DNA from: a virus
Lineage: Duplodnaviria > Caudoviricetes
DNA: 59,137 nt
Reading direction: 5' to 3' (one strand)
Virus record (IMG/VR): IMGVR_UViG_3300002461_000254
Coordinates: 1 to 59,137 of that record
Both the position numbers and the translations under genes were made by a program. The notes beneath the pieces are model-generated. The model was not told where the DNA came from, did no database searches, and saw only the letters and a program-made list of their open reading frames with translations. Shown here one piece after another: positions 8,891 through 18,875 of the stretch. Position 1 is the stretch's first letter. Every line of letters starts with the position of its first letter.

Positions 8891-10903
8891 TCACAGCCCG
8901 TCCCCCTCGGTCCAGTTGACGGAGACGCAGGCGAGGCGGCGCATGCCTTCACGCGCATCTCGTTCAGCCTCTTCCTTTGATGCACGGGGCGCCCCAAAAT
9001 CGCGGGGGCCATACACGTTCACCCACACCCTTCCAGACTTTGGCTCTGTCCAAGGGGCGATGAGATCGTCCGTGTTGCCCCTCGGGCATTTCCCGCCGGC
9101 CTCCCAATGGCAAAGAGCAACGGCGTACCCGAGCCACATGCCGCTTTCGGACTGCCCCACAACCTCAGCGCGGAGGCCGCTTCGGGTGCGGTACATGCCC
9201 GGCCCGGTGATCTTGAACTCGCTCATCGTCCGATCTCCACGCGAAGCTGCCTCACGGTCTCCGCGCGCTGGACCCTGTAGAGGTCGTTCACGGCGCGGTG
9301 GTTCTTGCGGTTGGCGCGGATCATGTCCGCTCGGCGGGCGCGGGCCTGTGCGATGGGCGCGGCCTTCCGGCGGCGGAACCAGGCGAGCCAGCCGCGGATG
9401 GCGGTGACGGGGTTCATGCTGCCCCCGCTTTGCGCCATTCATCGCGCTTGGCCTCCCACTCGGCGGCGGTCGGTCCGGCCAGGCGAGCAGAGGAATGCCG
9501 ATACTTCGGGTGGATGCCGATGGCGCGCTCTTCCGCAATTTGGCGCATGAACGCTGACTGCGGTTGAAGGTGCTTGCGATTCTGCGGCTCGGGCTTCGGC
9601 CCCTTCTTCTTGCGGCGCTTGTCCGCCTTCGGGGTGGTGAGAACCGGCGGTGAAGGCAGCGTCGGCGTCGTGTAGCCGCGGTCCATAGATGCCATCATGC
9701 CGGCAACTGTGGCGAGGCCCATCAGCCCGCCGCGAAAGCCTAAAGTCCCGCGGATCATTTGATCCCTCCCTTGGTCTGGTTGATCTGTTCCCGAATGGCA
9801 GCGCGCTCTTCGGTGATGGCCTGGAGGGCGACCGAGCCGGATCCGTCCGCGATGGCGCGGGCGAGGTCTTCGGTCGTGCGGGCGAGGGCGTCCTGCAGCC
9901 GCGCGAGTTCCGCGATGATGGCGCGGCGCTCGACCACAAGGCCGGGCGGGCCGCTGTCGGGGCGCTCGCCGGCGATGAACGCCGACAGGTTCCGACCGCT
10001 GATCCGCCGCGCCTTGGTGACGGCGTTCCGGTAGCGCTGCTCGGGCGTGATGGAGAGGTTGACGCTCATGCCGCCCTCCGCATCGCGCGCCTGTTCTCGG
10101 CGTCCATCCGCCGCCGCCGGCGCAGACCGGACAGCATCTCGGACGCGATGTCCTTCACCTGCTCGTCGGTGAGCCAGGAGAGCCCGCCGGCGCGGTGCAT
10201 GCAGGCCTTGAACGCCCGGTCGAAGTCGCGGCCGGACAGGGTGTCGAAGGTGTCGACGAAGCGCTCCAGGCGCTCGCGGGAAGCGGGGCGGCTCATGCTT
10301 CACCGCCAATCGGAGCCCACTGGTCGGGCTGGCGAAACATCCGCATGTCGGGGGAGATGAAGAAGTTGGGCATCGCCCAGCCTTCGCCGGTCCAGCACCC
10401 CTTGCAGGCATACCCTGGGGCCGAACGGCTGTGGTTCAGCCACACCTCAGTGCCATCCTTCGGCGCGGAACTGATGTCCCGCCACGCTGTCGACGATGAG
10501 GTCATGCTGCGGCCCTCCAATCGACGCCGGTCATCTCGGCGTGGGCCTCGGCCCAGGTGTGGAGGAAGCCCTTGGTGTTGGCGCACCCGGTCATCGCAGA
10601 CCAGTGCATGGCGAGGTAGGGACGGGGGTCGCCGCGAAGAGCGGCCAGAAGCTCGCGGTTGCGCTCGATGAGCCACGGGCCGGCGCCGGAAGCCTTGAGG
10701 CTGTGGAGCCGGTCGGCGACCACGGCGACGTCATGCTGGGCGCGGAACTCGTGAGCCTGGCGGATCAGCTCGCGGTCGACGAGGTCCCACCAGGACCAAT
10801 GCTCTGACCCGCGAACGTTCGGACGCGGCACCGGCGTGAGCGCGGCAACGTCACGCCGCTCGAGGTCGGCGAGGTGGGCAGTGAGGGGTGAGGGGAAGGG
10901 CAT
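8891..10903 (-). CDS. cluster of about 7 small early-left hypothetical genes (includes DUF551-like 10293-10505)
   Basis: Chain of ATGA-coupled short ORFs; WRDISSAPKDGT motif in one. Confidence 0.55.
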
Positions 10904-10927
10904 GGCGCTCTCCGTTCGATGGAGAGC

Positions 10928-10979
10928 ACTGTAGCGATTGGCGCTACACAGTCAATAGGGTGTAGCGAAAAAAGCTACG
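10928..10979 (-). promoter_or_regulatory. PL promoter with two operators (OL)
   Basis: TGTAGCGATTGGCGCTACA (10930-48) and TGTAGCGAAAAAAGCTACG (10961-79); minus-strand TTGACT-N16-TACAGT. Confidence 0.8.
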
Positions 10980-11021
10980 CCTACTTCTTCCGACCTGAGA
11001 TCGCGGGTCGGCTCGCTCGCA

Positions 11022-11225
11022 TCAGTCGATCAATCCATAGAATAGGTCCCAGCCCCACCATGTTCGGGCTCGGACAGTTTTAAGGCATTCCACATCAGCC
11101 GTTGGCGCCTGCGCTGATCGGCACATGCCAGATGCGAGCGCATATCTTTGGTTCTCCACGACAGCGAGCCGCCAGCCAAGCAGCAAAACCGTGGCAAACA
11201 GGACCGCAATCGCAAGGCTCTTCAT
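11022..11225 (-). CDS. small membrane protein downstream of cI
   Basis: Hydrophobic N-terminus; coupled to the cI stop. Confidence 0.55.
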   Translation of the reverse strand: MKSLAIAVLFATVLLLGWRLAVVENQRYALASGMCRSAQAPTADVECLKTVRARTWWGWDLFYGLID

Positions 11226-11803
11226 CTGGGCACCATGTTCTTGACGCGCGCGGCCCATTCGATGACCGCATCAAGGATCGGTTCCTCGGTATTGGAAAGC
11301 AGGTGGTAATAGCCGTCTGTCTTCGACCTCTGCACCTTCTTGACCATGATCCTCCCGTCAGCCAGGCCGACGACGCAGAGCTTGCCGATCAGATCATTGG
11401 TGATGGGGGACCGAACCTCGTCGTAGTAGACGAGCCACCTGTCGAAGATGGACCCCAGGCTGTCGCCCCGGATTTCAACGGCGACCGTCTCGTTGGTCGA
11501 TCCTTCTGGTGCTTCCACTTCGTCAATCACCCCCTGGTCATCGAAGAAATGCGCGACCGCGCCTGCAGCGACATAGCCCACCAGCGGCACCGTGCGCGGC
11601 CCCGAGTGGTCTGGCATTGGCGTTCCGGTGAGCCGGGACAGCTCGATCATCTCGTCGGCGGAAAGCCCACGCGTTCCCTTGTAGATCTTGTTGACCGCGG
11701 CGCGATCGATGGACTTGCCCAGCCGCTCCGTCATCTGCCGCGCGATTTCGGCCTGCGACATTCCGGAGGCATCGATGGCAGCCTTGGCCCATTGCTCGAT
11801 CAT
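11222..11803 (-). CDS. cI: CI-like repressor (HTH + S24 peptidase)
   Basis: HTH; VPLVGYVAAG cleavage site, GDS serine and VKK lysine; divergent from cro. Confidence 0.9.
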   Translation of the reverse strand: MIEQWAKAAIDASGMSQAEIARQMTERLGKSIDRAAVNKIYKGTRGLSADEMIELSRLTGTPMPDHSGPRTVPLVGYVAAGAVAHFFDDQGVIDEVEAPEGSTNETVAVEIRGDSLGSIFDRWLVYYDEVRSPITNDLIGKLCVVGLADGRIMVKKVQRSKTDGYYHLLSNTEEPILDAVIEWAARVKNMVPR

Positions 11804-11889
11804 GTAGCGATCATGGCAACGGATTGAAAAATCGTCTGTTTCTAGTTTCGCAACAGGGGGCTTGCATTCGTAGCGATAATCGCTACAGT
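11803..11889 (+). promoter_or_regulatory. OR operators and PR promoter
   Basis: Sites at 11803-21, 11837-55 and 11869-87 (CGTAGCGATAATCGCTACA); TTGCAT-N16-TACAGT. Confidence 0.8.
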
Positions 11890-11896
11890 GCGGGGC

Positions 11897-12118
11897 ATGA
11901 GAAGCGCCGCACAGATCGTAGCCAAGATGGGCGGGCCGACCAAGGCCGCCGACGCCATAGGCGTTCACCGCACTCGCGTTCATGACTGGATGCGGAGCGG
12001 GGCAATCCCGTCACGGCACTGGCCGACGATCATTGCGGCAACGAGCGGCGAAATCACGGCCGACGATCTCCTGTCACTTTCGCCCCGCTCGAGCCCCAGC
12101 ACGTCGGAGGCCGCATGA
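11897..12118 (+). CDS. cro: Cro-like protein
   Basis: GGPTKAADAIGV...WMRSGAIPSRHW; divergent from cI. Confidence 0.85.
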   Translation: MRSAAQIVAKMGGPTKAADAIGVHRTRVHDWMRSGAIPSRHWPTIIAATSGEITADDLLSLSPRSSPSTSEAA

Positions 12119-12292
12119 CCCCGCGCGACGACTGGTTCGGCATCCTTCTCTGCTTCGGCCCGGGCATCCTCATCGCCCCGGCCCTGATCTGGTGGTGGAT
12201 GCCATGACGCTCGCCGGATGGGCCATCGCTCTCGCCGTCTTCGCCGAGTTCACCCGCGCCATGTGGGGCGCCTTCACCGCCGGGAGGTTCTG

Positions 12293-12577
12293 ATGCTCCG
12301 CCCCGAAGACAGCATCCCCGGAACGCTGGTCGAGTGCATCGATGCACAGCCAGGCGAGTGGCCCGACGCGCTTCCTATTCGCAAGGGAGGGGCCTACGTG
12401 GTGGCTGGACTCAAAGAGGGGTTTGTACCGAACCGGAGCAAAAAGCTTGGCGTTGCGCTGGTTGGGTTTGCGCCAGATTGCTTCAGCTTTCACCGCTTCC
12501 GCCTCCTCCCCGACGAGCGCCTTTCCATCTTCCGCCAGATGCTCGCTCCCGCTCCCAAGCAGACGGAGCGCGTCTGA
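12293..12577 (+). CDS. hypothetical protein
   Basis: RBS GGAGG; VECID...FSFHRFR. Confidence 0.5.
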   Translation: MLRPEDSIPGTLVECIDAQPGEWPDALPIRKGGAYVVAGLKEGFVPNRSKKLGVALVGFAPDCFSFHRFRLLPDERLSIFRQMLAPAPKQTERV

Positions 12578-12934
12578 TGATCCCCGGGCTCTCACCCTAC
12601 TCCCCCGCCGAGGTCGGCGCCGACGAATACCTCGCGCGCTCGGCGCTGCCGCCGCCTCCTGACGGGGGCGAGCCGTGGGACGCAGAACCATCACCCACGG
12701 CCAGCCGAGGCCCCTTTGCAGTCGCCATGGGCATCTTCGTCGCCCTAGCGGTCGTCTCCGTCGCCGCCTTCATCGCCACGCTCCCGTGACGTTCAGAACC
12801 CCCGGCTGAGACCTCCCGAGCCGGGCCAACTGAGCCGCGAATGGCTCCATTTCTTTCCAGCCGCTCCGCACGGAGCCGCTCGACCAGTTCCGCAGCTAGT
12901 TCCCCGATACGCCTCATCCTTGGAGTAACGCCCG

Positions 12935-13444
12935 ATGGGCATCCATAGCCAACCGAACGTGGTTCGCGATCCCGAGCCGCGCGATCTGTTCCCGCCCGCC
13001 GTGCTGGAACGCCTCTCTCTCGTGGTCGAGCAGACCGTGGCTCGAGCCGGCGGTGTCGACGCCGTCGCCTCCGCCCTCGGCATCAACAAGGGCCGCGTCT
13101 CCGAGTGGGGCAACCCCGACCACTCCGCATGGCCCAACCTCCGCCAGATCGTGAACCTGGAGCGCTTCGCCAAGGTCGACTGGATCAGCCGGGCCCTCGC
13201 CGAGTTCCACGGCGCCGACCTGATCAAGCGCGGCAGCACGCTCGGCTCCGGCGCGGTGCTCCAGCAGCTCTCCGCCGCCTCCCGGGAGGTCGGCGAGGCC
13301 CTGTCCGCCTCGGCCCTCACCGCCGCGGCCCCGGCCTGCCCCAAGGCCGCCTGTCAGGCCGTGCGCGAGGCCCGTGAGGCCATCGCCTCGCTGAAGCAGC
13401 TCATCGCCGCCGTCGAGGCGTCGGTCGGGGAGCGCGTGGCATGA
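12935..13444 (+). CDS. CII-like HTH regulator
   Basis: HTH (GGVDAVASALGINKGRVSEW) plus helical C-terminus, downstream of cro. Confidence 0.55.
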   Translation: MGIHSQPNVVRDPEPRDLFPPAVLERLSLVVEQTVARAGGVDAVASALGINKGRVSEWGNPDHSAWPNLRQIVNLERFAKVDWISRALAEFHGADLIKRGSTLGSGAVLQQLSAASREVGEALSASALTAAAPACPKAACQAVREAREAIASLKQLIAAVEASVGERVA

Positions 13445-14076
13445 CCGACAGCCTCGCCGCACCGGAACTCGTCAAATCGCTGGCCGACCGCATCCTGCGC
13501 GGTGAGGCGCGGTGTCCGGTCACGCTAAGCCGGTCCATCGAAGGTAAGCTGGAGCGACTGGAATACGTGCTCGCGCCTTTGGCCGCATGCGGTCGCGTGA
13601 CCAGCGTCGCACTGGACAGGGCAACGTCTGCCGGCGGTCCGCTGCTCGGCATCAAGAACGACGGCGTTCAGCACCGCGTGAGGGTAGTCCGTCGGCACGG
13701 CAGCGTGAGGGCCGCGCTGGACGATTACAGTTCATGGCTCCCGAATGCGTGGGCGGTGCCGCCGCTGGATCTCAACCTCTTCGGCTTCGTCTACGCGATG
13801 GAAGCCGTCGATTTCCCCGGTGTGGTGAAGGTCGGCTTCTCGCGGAACCCGGCGGAGCGGCTGAGAGGCCTTGAACAAAAGCACCGGATCAAACTCCGGC
13901 TTCTCTGCCAGGCCCCCGGCACAGAGTTTTCCGAGCACATGATCCAGCACGAGTTCGCTCGCTTCGCAGTGGCCGGCGAGTGGTTCGACACGAGCGGCAG
14001 CCTTCGTGAGCGGATGCCGTGGGCTCGCTTCTACACCTCAGATCGCATGTGGAACGAAGTGCGGGAGGCCGCGTGA
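13441..14076 (+). CDS. GIY-YIG / T5orf172 domain protein
   Basis: GFVYAM...VKVGFSRNPAERL...GEWF. Confidence 0.8.
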   Translation: MTDSLAAPELVKSLADRILRGEARCPVTLSRSIEGKLERLEYVLAPLAACGRVTSVALDRATSAGGPLLGIKNDGVQHRVRVVRRHGSVRAALDDYSSWLPNAWAVPPLDLNLFGFVYAMEAVDFPGVVKVGFSRNPAERLRGLEQKHRIKLRLLCQAPGTEFSEHMIQHEFARFAVAGEWFDTSGSLRERMPWARFYTSDRMWNEVREAA

Positions 14077-14705
14077 TGGCATCGGCCAAGGATCTCCGTG
14101 AAGTCGTCTCCGCCGCCCGGCCGCTCATCGAAGAGTGGCTGGACATCGCCGAGCAGATCGCCGCGCTGCGCGACATGGCCACCGAACGGGGCCTCGACTG
14201 GTCGCAGATCAAGGCGCTGGTGAAGGCCCAGGTTCAGGACGAGCGCGCCGGCGACAACAAGCGCGTGCACCGGATCATCGAGAAGGCGGAGTTCGCCTCG
14301 GCCTATGCCGACATGCTGGGCCTCTCGGAGAAGATGAACGAGAATAATTTTTCTGCCGAGCCCGCGCCGGCCACCCCGCCGCACGATCCCGAGACGGGCG
14401 AGGTCGAGGAAGTCGAGGAGGTCATCGTCTCTACCGACATGGGCGAACGTCTGGCCGCTGGCGCCATCGAAGCCAGGTTCGGTGCCGGCGTCGTGTCGCG
14501 CCCCGCCATGGTCCTAGAGCAGGTCACGGAGGAAGCCGCGCTCACCGGTCTGGCCGCGTCAGAGCCCTACACCCCGCCGGCCTTCCTCGCCGCTCCCCGC
14601 AAGCCCCGCCGGCCCAACTGCCTGAACCCGGACGCCTGCGCCAGCTACAGCTCCAACCACTGCCACACCTGCACCAAGGCCGCAGAAGCCAGGGAGGCCG
14701 CGTGA
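14076..14705 (+). CDS. GapR/DUF2312-like N-terminal domain protein
   Basis: Loose resemblance (LIEEWLDIAEQI...RGLDWSQIKALV...YADMLG). Confidence 0.4.
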   Translation: MASAKDLREVVSAARPLIEEWLDIAEQIAALRDMATERGLDWSQIKALVKAQVQDERAGDNKRVHRIIEKAEFASAYADMLGLSEKMNENNFSAEPAPATPPHDPETGEVEEVEEVIVSTDMGERLAAGAIEARFGAGVVSRPAMVLEQVTEEAALTGLAASEPYTPPAFLAAPRKPRRPNCLNPDACASYSSNHCHTCTKAAEAREAA

Positions 14706-15388
14706 TGCACGGCACCATCACCCGCCTGCCCGCCACGCCCGAGAAGTGGTCCGAGCCTGTCATCGACCGTCTGTCGAAGCTCGCCAACGACGGCATTCCC
14801 CCGCGCGACATCGCCAACACGCTGAGCGAGGAGTTCGGCGAGACGTTCTCCCGCAATGCCGTCATGGGCAAGATCCACCGCCTGCGCCAGGCCGCCGCCG
14901 GCGAGGACCCCCGCGCCGAGATGATCCGCACCCTCGACGGCCAGGGGCTCTCCCGCCGCGAGATCATGGCCCAGGTGCGCTGCAGCTTCGGGCTGGTGGC
15001 CGGCGTCCTCGGCAAGCTCCCCGCAGCTGTCGCGGTCGCACGCCGGGCGAAGGGCTACTATGCCAAGGCCAGGAAGACGCCGCCGCCGAAACCGAAGGCC
15101 GCCAAGCCCGCGCCTGCATGGGCCGGCCCCGCCGCCGAGCCGAAGACCCTCGGCTTCGTCGAGTTCAGCACCCGCCTCACCATCATGGAGCTCAAGCCGT
15201 CGTCCTGCCGTTGGCCGGTCGGCGAGCCCACGTCACCGGACCTCCGCTACTGCGGCGCCCGCCACGTCGAGGGGCACCCGTACTGCGCCTCCCACTGCCG
15301 CGCCGCCTACCAGCCGATCGCCGCCCGCGCGGTCAAGGCCGACCTTCCGGCCATGCGCGCCAGCCCGCCGATGCGGAGGTTCGCATGA
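14702..15388 (+). CDS. gcrA: GcrA-family cell-cycle regulator
   Basis: SRNAVMGKIHRL; IMELKPSSCRWPVGEP...YCG...PYCASHCRAAYQP. Confidence 0.85.
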   Translation: MMHGTITRLPATPEKWSEPVIDRLSKLANDGIPPRDIANTLSEEFGETFSRNAVMGKIHRLRQAAAGEDPRAEMIRTLDGQGLSRREIMAQVRCSFGLVAGVLGKLPAAVAVARRAKGYYAKARKTPPPKPKAAKPAPAWAGPAAEPKTLGFVEFSTRLTIMELKPSSCRWPVGEPTSPDLRYCGARHVEGHPYCASHCRAAYQPIAARAVKADLPAMRASPPMRRFA

Positions 15389-15750
15389 AGACCGGCTATC
15401 ACATCCGCGAGCAGACGATCCACACGTCGATCATCGCCTATCTCAAGGCAGTCAGACCCGATGCCATGGTGATGCACGTCCCCAATGAGGGCGTCCGTTC
15501 CAAGGGTGCTGCCGGCGTCGCAATAGCCCTCGGCCTCGTGCCCGGCTGGCCCGACATCGGCCTCATCCTGCCCGGCGGCATGTCCTACTGGTTCGAGGTC
15601 AAAGGACCCTATGGCGCCTTGTCCAAGAAGCAGGAGCGGCTTCACGCCGAGATGGCGCGGGTGAACATCCCCGTCGCCGTCGTCCGCAGCATCGACGACG
15701 TGCAGCAGGCCCTCCGCCTCTGGCGCGTCGAGACGAGGGTCGCGGCATGA
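15385..15750 (+). CDS. VRR-NUC domain nuclease
   Basis: HVPNEG, GLVPGWPDI, FEVK...LSKKQ. Confidence 0.85.
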   Translation: MKTGYHIREQTIHTSIIAYLKAVRPDAMVMHVPNEGVRSKGAAGVAIALGLVPGWPDIGLILPGGMSYWFEVKGPYGALSKKQERLHAEMARVNIPVAVVRSIDDVQQALRLWRVETRVAA

Positions 15751-15919
15751 TCACCCCCGACGGCATCCTCCAGAACCTCTACCGAGCCCGCTACGGATCC
15801 GGCGAGGCCATGGCCCACCACTACCGCGACCACTTCATCGCCGAGGGCTGGATCGACGCGCAGTACCGCATCACCGCCGCCGGCCTCATCGAACTCGCCA
15901 AGCGGGAAGGGGAGGCGGC

Positions 15920-16597
15920 ATGAGCAAGATCGAGATCATCGGCGACTGCACGCTGTACCTGGGCGATTGCCGCGAAATTCTGCCGACGCTCGGCAAGGTG
16001 GATGCGGTGGTAACTGACCCTCCGTATGGGATGGAGTTTCGCTCCAATTACCGCAAGGAAAAACATGCCGCCATCGCCAACGATAGCGCGGAATGGCCAC
16101 TGCAGCTCGCCGTGGGTATCGAGGCGACCCATTCGCGATATGTCTTCGCCCGATGGGATGACCTGCAGCGCGTCGTGAAGCCACGCTCCTGCATTACGTG
16201 GGTGAAGAACAACTGGTCTATGGGCGACCTTGACCACGAGCACGCTCGCCAGACAGAGGTGGCCTTCTTCTACCCCGGCCCGGCTCATTTCTTCCCGACC
16301 GGGAGGCCGACCGACGTCATCGAGGCCCCGCGCACCGGCAACACATTCCATCCGACTGAGAAGCCGTCGCAGCTTATGTGGGCCGTCGTGCGGTGGACAA
16401 GTGGCACGGTTCTTGATCCCTTCATGGGATCGGGGACCACGGGGGTGGCATGCGCGAGGCTGGGCCGCAAGTTCATCGGCATCGAGATAGACGCCGGCTA
16501 CTTTGACATCGCCTGCCGCCGCATAACCGAAGCCTACCGCCAGCCTGACATGTTCGTAGAGCGCCCCGCTGCGCCGAAGCAGGAGGCGCTGCTGTGA
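15920..16597 (+). CDS. DNA N4/N6 methyltransferase (beta class)
   Basis: VTDPPYG, HPTEKP, VLDPFMGSGTTG. Confidence 0.92.
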   Translation: MSKIEIIGDCTLYLGDCREILPTLGKVDAVVTDPPYGMEFRSNYRKEKHAAIANDSAEWPLQLAVGIEATHSRYVFARWDDLQRVVKPRSCITWVKNNWSMGDLDHEHARQTEVAFFYPGPAHFFPTGRPTDVIEAPRTGNTFHPTEKPSQLMWAVVRWTSGTVLDPFMGSGTTGVACARLGRKFIGIEIDAGYFDIACRRITEAYRQPDMFVERPAAPKQEALL

Positions 16598-16739
16598 TCC
16601 GCACTGGCTTGTTCCGCCTCGTCCGCCATGAGGCTATCCGAGACCGCGAGCTCACTGGCTGGATGATCGTCCGCGACCTCGGCCCCGTTCACGGATTCTG
16701 GTCCGTTCTTATGTGGCGCTGCGACTGTCGGGAGGCTGC

Positions 16740-17162
16740 ATGACCCGCCCCAACGCTGAGGCGCTGTTCGTCGACCGCTACCGCGAGGCGCGCGGGCGGC
16801 TTGGCTTGCGGCCGAGTGCGCCGATCGTTCACATGGTGCGCCCGCCGCCGCCAGCGCCGCGAGGGCCGAGCGCATGGGCTCTGCGCTGCCTGGAATCGGC
16901 CCGTCGAAAGGCGGAAGCCGCCGCGCGCATCAAGGAGGAGCGAGAGGCTCGGCGCCGCCGTGACATCGCTGTCGTCGAGGCTTACCGGCTGGACCCGGGC
17001 CTTCGGGCTGTCGCCGCCGCGTTCGGCATCAGCCATGAAGCGGTGCGGAACATCCTCCATCGCGAGGGCATCCCCCTCAGGCATCGCGGGAGCCCGTTGC
17101 AGCCGCTGCCGCCGGGGCTCTCCGAAGGCTGCTCCGAAACGGCGATCGGGAGGACTGCCTGA
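16740..17162 (+). CDS. HTH-containing hypothetical protein
   Basis: GLRAVAAAFGISHEAVRNIL. Confidence 0.6.
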   Translation: MTRPNAEALFVDRYREARGRLGLRPSAPIVHMVRPPPPAPRGPSAWALRCLESARRKAEAAARIKEEREARRRRDIAVVEAYRLDPGLRAVAAAFGISHEAVRNILHREGIPLRHRGSPLQPLPPGLSEGCSETAIGRTA

Positions 17163-17761
17163 TGGCTATGCAGTCCGTTGCCGACGCGCTTTCGCACTCG
17201 TTCAACTCTGACCGGCAGATGAAGGACAAGGCTGCCTTCAAGCTCCGCGCCGATTTCCAGGCACTGGCCGCTACATGGCGCGAGCGCGCCGTGGGGAGCT
17301 ATGGCGTCTCGGTTCAACAGGCTGATGTATGTGTCGATATGGCCCTCGACGACATCTCGCGCGCCATCGGCGAGTGCGAGAGCCCCATTGAGCGCGCTCT
17401 GCTGCCCCACCTCCTGTTTCAGCCTTATGCGGACGACCACCCAGCGCCGGCACGCATCAGCCTCCGGTCGGACGACATCAGGCCGCCGGCGCCTGTGGTG
17501 GTGGTCCCGCAGTTCGCCTTCATCCGGTGCCGGATCGATTTCGCGGTCATCGCGAAGGTCAACTATGGATCCGTGATTGTCGCTGTCGAGTGCGACGGAG
17601 CCGAGTTCCACAACGTCGAGAAGGACCGGCGCCGCGACGCCTTCCTCGCGAGCTGGGGCATCCCGACTGTGCGCGCTTCTGGCAAGGACATCTCGCGGGA
17701 GGCGCAGGCGGTGGCGTTCAAGGTGGCCGAGCTGGTCAACACCGGGAGCCATCAGCCGTGA
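17162..17761 (+). CDS. DUF559/Vsr-like endonuclease domain protein
   Basis: ESPIE, RIDF, AVECDGAEFH...DRRRDAFL. Confidence 0.8.
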   Translation: MAMQSVADALSHSFNSDRQMKDKAAFKLRADFQALAATWRERAVGSYGVSVQQADVCVDMALDDISRAIGECESPIERALLPHLLFQPYADDHPAPARISLRSDDIRPPAPVVVVPQFAFIRCRIDFAVIAKVNYGSVIVAVECDGAEFHNVEKDRRRDAFLASWGIPTVRASGKDISREAQAVAFKVAELVNTGSHQP

Positions 17762-18591
17762 GCAGCCCTGCCTGGATGCCCCTCTACATCGCCGACTACA
17801 TCGCCGACACGATGCACCTCGGGGCATTGGAGCATGGGGCCTACCTCATGCTGATCATGCAGTATTGGCGGGCCGGCTCGTTGCCCGACGACGACAAGAA
17901 GCTCGCCAGGATCGCGAAGTGCACCGATCGCGAGTGGAAGGCTATTCGAGGCACGATCGCCGACCTGTTCGATGACGGCTGGGTTCACAAGCGCATCGAT
18001 TCCGAGCTGGAAAAGGCGCGCGCGAAATCAGACGCACGCGCCGACGCAGGAAAGCGCGGCGGAGAGGCTAAGGCACTGAAAAATAACGAAAGGCATGTAG
18101 CAAGTGCCAGCGATTTGCCACAGCAAAAAGCTGCGGATGCTCTAGCATCTTCTTCACATTCACCAAGGGTACCATCCTCACAGAGTTCGGATGGTTGTCC
18201 GAAACGAGTTCGGACCAAGTACCCGGACGATTTCGAAGGCTTCTGGTCTGCCTACCCGACCGACGCCAACATGTCGAAGAAGGAGGCCGCCGACATCTGG
18301 CGGCGCATGGATCCGGACGCACGCACCAAGGCCATGGCCTCCGTGCCGGCGTTCCGTGCCCATTGCTCGGCAAACCCCGATTACAGGCCGATCCATGCGT
18401 GCCGCTACCTGTCGAAGGAGCGCTACGAAGGGTTCGCCGCCATCGCCGAGAAGACCTCATCGGGGGTCTATCTGCGGCAGGGAGAGCCGGGCTGGGATGA
18501 GTGGCAGGCCGTGAAGAAAACGCCTGTCGATGGCAAGGGCGGCTGGTGGTTCCCGTCGCGGTATCCCCGAAAGCTTCAGGAGGTGGCATGA
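17758..18591 (+). CDS. DUF1376 (YdaU) replication initiator
   Basis: PAWMPLYIADYIADTMHL...EHGAYLMLI; FEGFWSAYP. Confidence 0.85.
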   Translation: MSSPAWMPLYIADYIADTMHLGALEHGAYLMLIMQYWRAGSLPDDDKKLARIAKCTDREWKAIRGTIADLFDDGWVHKRIDSELEKARAKSDARADAGKRGGEAKALKNNERHVASASDLPQQKAADALASSSHSPRVPSSQSSDGCPKRVRTKYPDDFEGFWSAYPTDANMSKKEAADIWRRMDPDARTKAMASVPAFRAHCSANPDYRPIHACRYLSKERYEGFAAIAEKTSSGVYLRQGEPGWDEWQAVKKTPVDGKGGWWFPSRYPRKLQEVA

Positions 18592-18875
18592 CCACCCGAG
18601 ACCCGACCGTCATGCCTCACCAGGTCTCCACCGTCCGCGTCGGGAACGGCTGGGCGGGCCGGTACACCCTGCCCGGACGGACCTGCCACGTCCGGGGTGA
18701 TGACGGCCTCGTCCGCGTCTTCGACGACCGCGAGGCGGCAGAGCGTGCAGCGTACCGGGCGATGATCGCCGAACTAAACGGCCCGGCGGGCGTGGTGGAT
18801 GGCAAGGCCCGCACCGTCACCCGCAACAGCCGCTGGGCGAGAGCAAACGCTGCATTCGAGGGGACGCGCGGATGA
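18588..18875 (+). CDS. hypothetical protein
   Basis: Coupled ORF with GGAGG RBS. Confidence 0.6.
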   Translation: MTTRDPTVMPHQVSTVRVGNGWAGRYTLPGRTCHVRGDDGLVRVFDDREAAERAAYRAMIAELNGPAGVVDGKARTVTRNSRWARANAAFEGTRG

